Origin: Euprymna scolopes
Taxonomy: Eukaryota
DNA length: 64,000 nucleotides
Assembly: GCA_053919585.1 (NCBI GenBank)
Contig: CM132796.1
Direction: 5' to 3' (one strand)
Positions 55,554 to 64,000 of this stretch are shown piece by piece. Under the pieces are notes generated by a model. That model saw only the letters and a list, made by a program, of their open reading frames with translations, ran no database searches and had not been told where the DNA came from. The translations under genes and the position numbers were made by a program. Positions within the stretch are counted from its first letter, which is position 1, and every line of letters starts with the position of its first letter.

Positions 55554-57074
55554 CACAGCATATCAAATTGTTAACGAGTTTACATTTTTTTAAATATTTA
55601 AGTAACGTTGAATAAATATCCGTGTAACTTTGAGAAAGTTTACGATACTAGTCACCGATTACAGTCAGAAAATAAAACTTTTTAAAGCAGTATTGACGAA
55701 ACTATGGCAAAAAATAGAAATAGCATTTGATTTCCGTGTGTCAAGTTATTAACGAAGTTGATAAAAAACACAATGTACCCATAACTTGTTTATTGAAATA
55801 ATATTCAAATATTACATACAATAGGAACACTCCTAAGATCCCACTAACTACAATTTCTACGTTGACATAAATAGTATAGCATATGTGATCCTTTTTATGA
55901 GTTACTTGTAAAAGACGTTATTCAACAGAATTAAGCAAATTCATGATGTCGTCAATAGTTATTTCTCGCGATGCCTCTTGAACAGCATACAACATACCAT
56001 CTTTGCTCTTAAATTGGCGTCGACTTGCATAGAGGGGCCGTTTCCTGATACTCCAAAGATTCTCAATTGGGTTCAAATCTGACGAAATCGTAGGCTACTA
56101 TATATTCCGTCGCCCAGAGAATCTCAGTTGTTCAAAATACTTTTTGCTTTTGGTTTTTTCATGTTAGGAGACATTCGCCTCCATAAAAATAATGGGTCTT
56201 CTGAAAGTACACCTTTGTTTTCTTAAGATATATTTCAAAGTGATCCTTCAGAAAAGCTATGTAAGAATTTGACATCATTTTACGCTTATGAATTACGAAA
56301 TTACCTCTGTGAATCTCAGCCCAAATACTTATCCCTCAACCACCTTGTAGTGCCTAAAACGCTTCATCTAGGACCCCTCCCTTGTTCAATCAATCTGGGC
56401 CATCACCAGTGACTGGCACTTCATCCGTGAACGAAAATTTGGGAAAATCCGTTTTCATGTTGTCCTCTGCCCACTTCTATCGGTGTTGTATGTGATGTTT
56501 ATTTAATTGAGGCTTTGTCACGGCGTATCAGACTTTGCCACTCATTTCAGAAGGGACCATCGACTACTTTTGTTGGCATTCTTTAATACGGATTGGTCAA
56601 AGTCTTCTCAATTTGTCTGTCTAGGTTTCTTAGCAACTTTACGTTTAATTTGGAGTAGAAAACGGCATGAACCACTCTAGAATTGCCTTTATCAGCTCTC
56701 TTACGTCCCTTTGTAGGGTGCATGACAAGGTTCTTCAAATTTAACGGTAGCTTCCTATAATTTTTTGCTAGTTCGAAACTAGTTTGGACTTTTTTCTAGC
56801 TATTCTGTAATAGGACTCTTTATAGAACGACGCCCTCCACCTTTACGACCCACTTTATTGACGAAACAAACTGTCTTGTATATAATTTGATACAGCTCAA
56901 ATACCGTGGACTCAGTAATTATTATGGCAAGTTCTTTACATTGTGCGGAACAGTACGGCAGTTTCATAGTCTGGGCAAACCAATATTGCCAACGTTTCCG
57001 AGGCTTTTGATACGAAAGTACCGGTAAGGTTCTGGAACTGGTAAAAAATGTTATCTCGTTAATAATTTGACAGG

Positions 57075-57079
<5 letters not shown>
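55554..57079 (-). mobile_element. Full-length decayed Tc1-type transposon (TRT/DD37E-like) with TIRs
   Basis: TIRs cacagcatatcaaattgttaacgag (55554-55578) and ctcgttaataatttgacaggcaata (57055-57079) match at 19/25 positions, in TA context. Minus-strand WAEDNMKTDF...FTDE...DGPD (~56475-56395), QGG.G..IWA (~56346) and SSDLNPIENLW (~56085-56053). Confidence 0.88.
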
Positions 57080-57131
<52 letters not shown>

Positions 57132-58186
57132 GAGAAATAGGTACCGAAGAACAGATAGAGACGTAAATTGTAATTAATTAGCAACCGTGTATAAATAAAG
57201 CAAAAAATATCTCTTCCGAGGGAAACTACTCCTACGTTACCAGTTCAGTGTAAATCAGGTAAACGTTTAAATCCCCGCAATTTTGTTAGCGACGAACATT
57301 AATTGGCTCTATTTACAGTACCTTTTCACTTTAGATACCGTGTACATGTAGTTACAACCTTAAATAATGTGTTAATTGCGAACGTGACGACAGATGGATA
57401 GGTACAATAGTGCCGATTTGACAAGTACAAAACGTTAATTCTAATCGGATTTTTTGCATAAAAAAATTCTTACACATATGAAAAAATAAAAATATACAAT
57501 TCAATCGAATCCGTAAATAAGGTTTGGTAAAAACAGTAAAAAATATAGTGTTAATATATAACTAATTGGGACGTTCTACATTTTTCAAAAAGAGTCTGAA
57601 ACATCCAATAACATGTGTACTGTATGAACATTGTCAACAGGTAAAAATAAAATGCATACTTATATTTACCATTCAGGTAGGTATAATAAAATATTTAAAA
57701 ATGAAATTGAAGAAAACTGCTAAAATATTAAAATAAATATAGGATACTTAAATTTTAGCCTATAAATGTGGAATATTCCGAGGTAAACCTGGAAAGATAT
57801 TGTAGAATAGAAAAAAAAACGCTTTTTGATTTTTAAAACGTATTTGAATCTATAAAAATTCATTCTTTAACAAACTATTCCAGAAAGAAAAAGCTTGAAT
57901 TCTATAATATGAAAAATGAACAGATTATTAAATTTTAATTTTCCAACAACCACAATGCACTGCCATTTTTTAATCAACTAGAAAAAAAACATAAGTAAAT
58001 ATATTTTTACAGGATTTTGGAATCAAGAATCTTTTGATCTAAATAAGATTTAGGATTGTTTGCTATAAGAATATGCAAGAATATTATATACTAAGTAACA
58101 AAATTTCAATTAGTTTACCTTTCACCTTAATATATAGATTTTACACGCCGAAATAAAGAAGTAAAAATATAAGGTTATTTTGAAAA

Positions 58187-58457
58187 TGTTGTGGTAGAAC
58201 CTTCCTGTGTAACATACGTGGAGTGTCAACCACAAAAATATGGTTGGTACGGTAAAGACGGAAGAGACCCAAGATTGACCCCACGAGATAGCCAACGAGT
58301 GACACCTCATCCTACACTTTTCCAGAGACGGTGTCTCAATTGTTATACCAATGGACTATGTAAATATTTTATATACTTTCTTGCTCTCAATAGATCTGTT
58401 CTATTTTACTTTAGTGGTGTAGTAATTTATTACGATATGTTCAGTCGAGTTTCGACA
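58187..58457 (+). mobile_element. LTR (271 bp) followed by a PBS-like sequence
   Basis: TGTTG...CGACA termini. attgcgacgag (58458-58468) resembles the TGGCGACGAG PBS of Mag-like Gypsy elements. Alignable to 63749-63960. Confidence 0.75.
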
Positions 58458-58525
58458 ATTGCGACGAGTTTACGAAAGAACAATACAGAAAAAAATAATA
58501 ATTAAGAACTTTTTTCGATGGGACG

Positions 58526-58950
58526 AGTTATGGAATAATTATGGAAGAGAAGGAGATTATCAGGGGACTCTGGGGAAAAATGAGATAGCCGGGTAAAATG
58601 AGACACAAATGATAACTGAAACAGATACAGAGAGAGAGACAGACAGACAGACATACATAGAGCTCTTTCGTGAGGATTCTGATAAAGAAATCACGTGGTA
58701 ACGCCTTGCCGCCAACGTCTACCATTGTTTTATTCAGCTCCGTACATCATAAAGGAACTGTAGTCTAGAGTACAGAAAGCAAGGTAGCCTGTCAAGGGGA
58801 TTTAGGAAATGGGCACACTACGGCTGCCCAGGTCTAGACGAATGCAACAAGACCCACATCTTCATTTGTGAGTTCTGTGAAGACTGACTTAATCAAACAA
58901 GATCCGACAATACAGTTAGCTGAATAAATCATCTGTATTTCCTTTTAACA
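58526..58950. mobile_element. Probable second LTR-like repeat; a related segment recurs at ~60474-60582
   Basis: (a)GTTATGG start and AATAAA...TTTTAACA end. Block ctggg...agatagc.gggtaaaa.gagacac.a..gataact.aaacaga(ga)n is shared with 60474-60582. No TSD seen. Confidence 0.5.
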
Positions 58951-58970
58951 TACTTTCTCACCCTTTTTTC

Positions 58971-60526
58971 TGTTGTGGTATTGTTTTCCAATACTTTGAA
59001 TGTTCAGTACACAGAATATGGTTTATATGTCAATGCTACCTTTGGCTCAGCAGTTCTTTTCCCCTTTAGTATCTCGTTTTGCCCCAGGTCCCCCTATATA
59101 AAAGCCGCTATCTTAAGAAATGCGTTGAAGGAGGATGATGCATGTAGAAAAAAGGCTATACTTAAATTGACGACGAAAGATTCAGAATTTTATGATATCT
59201 AAAATCGTTAAATGACGACTAAGCATCAAGGAATTTTTCACACAGAAAAAAAAATGAACATACGTCGTAATACTCACAACGGTTATTAACACTGAGAGAA
59301 AGGGACACATTTGCAAAATTCACCTTAAAAATTTTCCAATCACTAAAACATGCAGGGAATTAAAGAACACACAAATGCCTCGTGTGAACTTTGAAAATGT
59401 AACGAACTTTAATTATTTAGTTGTTAACTCCTATAGTGAGTAATTTACCTGTGATAATAAATCCAAATCGGAAGTGTTCTCGTAAAAGTAAGCAAACAGA
59501 AGTACAATGAAAAAGAAAGAACGAACTATAAACAATTTCTAAACAAAAGATATAAAAACTCGTGTTTTTCTGTTGCAAGTGAACGAATTCATAATTGCAG
59601 AGAGTAAACAAAATCACTAAAAGCCTCTGTTTACAAAATATGATATGATTAAAACAGTTGATTATAACCGACTTACGGATGTGAAAAGCAAGGCATGAAA
59701 TTAAAAAAAAAGTAACTTGTTTCCAATTTTTTGTTCAAGTTATATTAAATCTGTAGGTTACTGAAAATATAAGTATATTCATTGCGTCATATCTATTATT
59801 ATCTAATCATGGAAGAGTTTGCAAAAGTTATACCCCACTTATTCAAATCAAAGCACGAAAGAAAAAAGCGTGAAAATATTCAGTTGCTTTATTGTTGTAA
59901 AAAAAGAAGAAATACAGAATAATTATCAAAAATACAAGATCAACCCCTAAAAAAACAGGAATAACCGTTCGCACATCTTCAATTAGAGAACGAGACATAT
60001 CATTTAAAACTTCCAAAAAGAGAAAATTTCAAACCGAATTACACAAAGAAGCGTTGTAAATGTCCGAAAAATGCAGAGCACGTTTTTAGAAATCCAAAGG
60101 TAATCTTTGAGAAATTAAATAAACAACCGGACAAATGAGGGGAATTCTAAACATTCTATTAACACCATATTTAATTCGCTAGAAATGTTCAACTATACAT
60201 ATATACGACAGATGAAGAGGAAATGTTTGAATCGTATAATACACGTGATGATGATATTTCTCCACAGACTGTGAAATCTGGTCTAACTCAAGAAAATCAA
60301 GTCTATTACAAAAAAAGAATTGAGTAACGGAACAGTGCGAATTTGTGGATTTGCGTGTGCCGATTAAAACGAAAGAGTTTAAATTTTCGGATAGAGTTAA
60401 CTTACTAAAGAGATGTTTGGACCGAGCTTTTTTTGGCATAGAAAACCCCAGGCGGAAGCGAAGGGAATTGTTTGAGGGCCCTGGGACAAAAAAGATAGCG
60501 GGGTAAAACGAGACACCAGAGATAAC

Positions 60527-60586
<60 letters not shown>

Positions 60587-62827
60587 ATGTAAATTTCCCA
60601 GATAGAAATAAGAAATTATTCGGGTGCAACAAAAATGGACACAAATGTTCGTGTTATTAAGCAAAAAAATAATCAATAGAAGACTTATACAAACACGTTC
60701 GCATATCAAATCAGACACAGATTTGAGGAAATATGTGACGACTTGAATATATTTTTTTAAATATCAAATTTTAGCTCGATTAAGGAGCAGACCTAACTAT
60801 GATGGACTACAAAACGTGGATATTTTTAATAAGCCTATGAGAATGAAGTCAACGAAATTCGCTCGTACTGTAACTGGAAAGAAAATGAACTTCGATGGCG
60901 AAGTTGTACTTGCAATGAAGCAAAATGGGATCGTTAAGAAAATTGTTTATACTAAAAAATAGACAAATGTATTAGATTTACCAATTCGAATTGTAGGATA
61001 CGCTTTTAAACTCGTTTTGCAGAAACATAGAACGGGGCACACAATCAAGACATGACATTAAAGAAGAATTTAAGAAAATAAATCCTGAAATGTTCACACC
61101 TGATCAATGGAGATGTAACAAGTTTGTTTCCTAATTTGAGCTCAAGGAAAAACTATGCCAATTTTAAAAAATATATATTAATTTTACAAAAAATTAATAA
61201 TTTTTAAAAAATTATAAAATTACCGAAGAACTTGATCGATTGAGAAAACTGGGAATTATATCGAAATATGTGCTGCCCCGATTGTGTGCATCAAAAAGAA
61301 ATCAAACTATATCAGAGTGAGCTGCCCTTCCGACAGGTTTGAACTCGGTCATCAATGATTAACATTACCTGCTGAGGAGTGCAGAGGAAATTTTATTCAA
61401 GCTTAATTGCGGATATATATCTCCAAATATTGACATTCGGACGTCTATCTCCAAATTTCAGTTGAAGAGTAATGCTCCAGGTTACTGAGGATAAACCCTC
61501 TTACATAAGTATTCAAATTTAGCAGGCTTCCGTTTTGTACTAAAGTGGGTATTCCGTCTTCCAACCAGCTTATTGCGTCATGTTGAATGATTTCAACTTT
61601 GTGTGCATCTATTTAGAAAATATCATAGCGAGGAACTCATCTAATTCAATTATTCAAAAAATCAGGATTTGTTTTAAAGTAAATGAGTTAAAGTGCGAAT
61701 TTGATTTGAAGGAAATATAATATTAAGTATACTTAATTAACAAAAATGAAAAGCGACCAGATCCGGGAAGGTCCATTGTAATTATAAACATTCAAGCGCC
61801 CACTAACGTGGCGACACTACAAAGTTTGCTAATTACTATCAAGTTTTCATTAAAAAGAATACACAGTCTAACAGCTCCATTGGAGTAATTGCTAAAACAA
61901 GGCAAGGATTGAAAGTGGGCAGAAAAGAGAATCAAGAATGTGCTAACATCCAACCTCTTTTTAACTCATTACAATCAATAACTTGATATTGTAATGACTA
62001 GTGACACCAGTTCATAGGGTGTAGAAGCGTGTACCATCACCTAAGGCCAGATGGTCCAATAAAACTAATTACACACGCTATCAGAACACTACTTCCAGCA
62101 GAGAAAATGAATTAACAAGGCGAAAAAGGGTTCTGGGTGTTATTTTCGCCATATCCGAAATTCATACATACATCTACGGCAGAACGTTATGCAAGAAATA
62201 TATCGGAACACACTGATCGAAATCTTTGGGCCGTAGATATGTTTACGCGTTTATACGGTAAATCGATTGTTGAGATGGGGTACCATTTTTTTAATTATAA
62301 CGTTCACATGGAGCATATATCATCTAAAATATAAGTCATGCAGACAAGTTATCAAGACTTCTATCGGTACAAAAGGAAAAAACCCCAAAGAACTGATAAT
62401 TGCAACAATTAGAACACATTATGAGGTAAAAAGAATGAAAACATTGCAAGAGAATGCTAGTTGCACTTAATGAAATAAAAAAGAAATTTTAAAATTATGT
62501 ATACATTTTAGACATAAAAACAACATTGAAAAAAATGATCAGAAAGTGCAAAGGATCAATTCAATATGGGGCGGAGTTTTATTATATAGTGAAAGAATAG
62601 TAGTCCAGAAAAGGACACTTTGGGACTTTCACATGCGCCACCCATGTCTAATAGAATATATACTTAATGCGGATCTTTTATCGGAATGTAATGGGTGTTG
62701 ATATCAGAAACATGTGCCATCGATGTTTGCAGCAAAAGCACCACCCATAGTACACAAAACGTGGCACGAGGCAGACTATCTGCGGACAAGATAACAAATT
62801 GATTTCGCTGGTCCAGTGTAAGAATAT

Positions 62828-62881
<54 letters not shown>

Positions 62882-64000
62882 CAGATAATTAAAAAAAATG
62901 ACCTTAATTGCTACACGTAAAGAAGTCTTTGACCAATATCACAACAGCGCAGTTCGGTGTGCCAAAGTGTATTGTGAGAGACAATGGGGCGCAATTCTCT
63001 TTTGAACGGTTTAAGGATTTCTTAGAGTAATACCAAATTAACCACATAACAACGCCGCCGTATTATCCGAGTTACAACGGGCTCGCGAAAATATTTGTGG
63101 ACATCTTTAAGCGCACTTAAAAAAAGCCTCAGGAGTTCCAACGGCCAAGGAGGTCCAGCAGTTCCTAGACGCACACACGATTACGCCGAACCAGAGAACA
63201 CTCTGAAACATGTAACCAGCTGAACTAATGTTCGCTAGAAAAGTTAAGCCAGTGGTAGACAAACTCTTTCCGAAACAGAATATAGTAAAGAATACTAAGC
63301 ATACATCTGGAAAAAAAGATTCATCTCCGGAGAAAAAGTATCTTTCAAGTGCTACAATAACAACGTTGCACTCTAGGAGTGAGGCATAGTAGAAACGAGA
63401 ATCAGTTACCTTATTAACATTATTAAAGGGCTGAACATACTCATAAAATGCAACGGAACCAACTAAAATTGTTCACTTACAAGAGCATAGACAGTATACC
63501 AGATGAAGAGGAAGATCCTCCAGAATTAATTTATGAAAATTTTTAAGTGGAACCTCACCAAAATACTTCTAAACCGAGTACATCCGGAATAAAACGAAAG
63601 TTAACGTACCCATTGGATGTGAATCCAAAAGGTAAACGATTCTAAATATTACATTCTAACTGGGTCCCTCGAGAAAAATACCCTTTAATCATCATTTATA
63701 TAAAGCCATTTTGAAATTCAAACGGGACTCAAAGCCTTAGTCTGCGGATATTATGGTAGGATTTACCTAATTAGCATACGTATAGTGTAAACGATATAAA
63801 TATGGTCGGTACCATAAAGACGTGAGAATCCCAACGAGAGGTCCAAGAAATACCTACCGACACACAACGAGATCGCAAATCGACGACTGCTCAGCCGTCA
63901 CCTTCTTTAGAGACGATCTTCCCATAATTACCCTAATGGACTCTATATAAATTCTTGCTTTGAATCTATTCATTTCATTTTTATATTTCTCCATGTATTC
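58971..64000 (+). mobile_element. Ty3/Gypsy (Mag/K02A2.6-like) LTR retrotransposon relic: LTR-like start, decayed gag/protease, RT, RNase H, integrase, 3' LTR from 63749 running off the window
   Basis: EELDRLRKLGII (~61226), AAPIVCIKKK (~61273), FSRLPF (~61518), LTHYN...IVMTSDTSS.GV.A (RNase H, ~61960-62030), IDFAGP (~62798), FGVPKCIVRDNGAQF (~62953), TTPPYYPSYNGLAK.FVD.FKR (~63049). Many stops. Confidence 0.92.

Larger units (their letters stand above)
9370..62877. repeat. Dispersed microsatellites: many (TA)n arrays (e.g. 9370, 11132, 31616, 32415, 36180, 42066, 43111, 46137, 51813, 55384, 57077, 62831), (AAT/ATT)n at 10827 and 21387, (GA)n at 25860 and 60533, (CA)n at 42385, (CT)n at 28635
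   Basis: Directly visible simple repeats. Confidence 0.98.

Noticed and set aside
1-64000. Host protein-coding genes, CRISPR arrays or prokaryotic systems; ORFs spanning N-gaps or microsatellites
   Set aside because: The sequence is eukaryotic and repeat-dominated. The remaining short ORFs have no recognisable homology, many are artefacts of (TA)n, (GA)n or N runs, and no repeat-spacer array is present. Small exons of a large gene cannot be excluded.

Overview
AT-rich animal (most likely invertebrate) scaffold segment with 8 N-gaps, many (TA)n, (GA)n, (CA)n and (AAT)n microsatellites, and no recognisable host protein-coding gene. Almost everything identifiable is a decayed transposable element. 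Non-LTR relics: three CR1-clade LINE copies (one near full length, lacking ORF1, with a highly structured 5' leader and an inserted solo LTR), two R4/Dong-like RLE relics, an RTE LINE and two Penelope-like relics. DNA transposon relics: Tigger/pogo, hAT-like, mariner and two Tc1-type. Also present are two 5S rRNA-derived SINE-like heads and a nested Ty3/Gypsy complex. The most striking signal is an apparently intact type I hammerhead ribozyme (46075-46133, + strand) at the end of a ~315-bp strongly self-complementary non-coding segment, a candidate retrozyme/circular-RNA element. All calls come from reading and translating the sequence by eye; no searches or folding programs were run.
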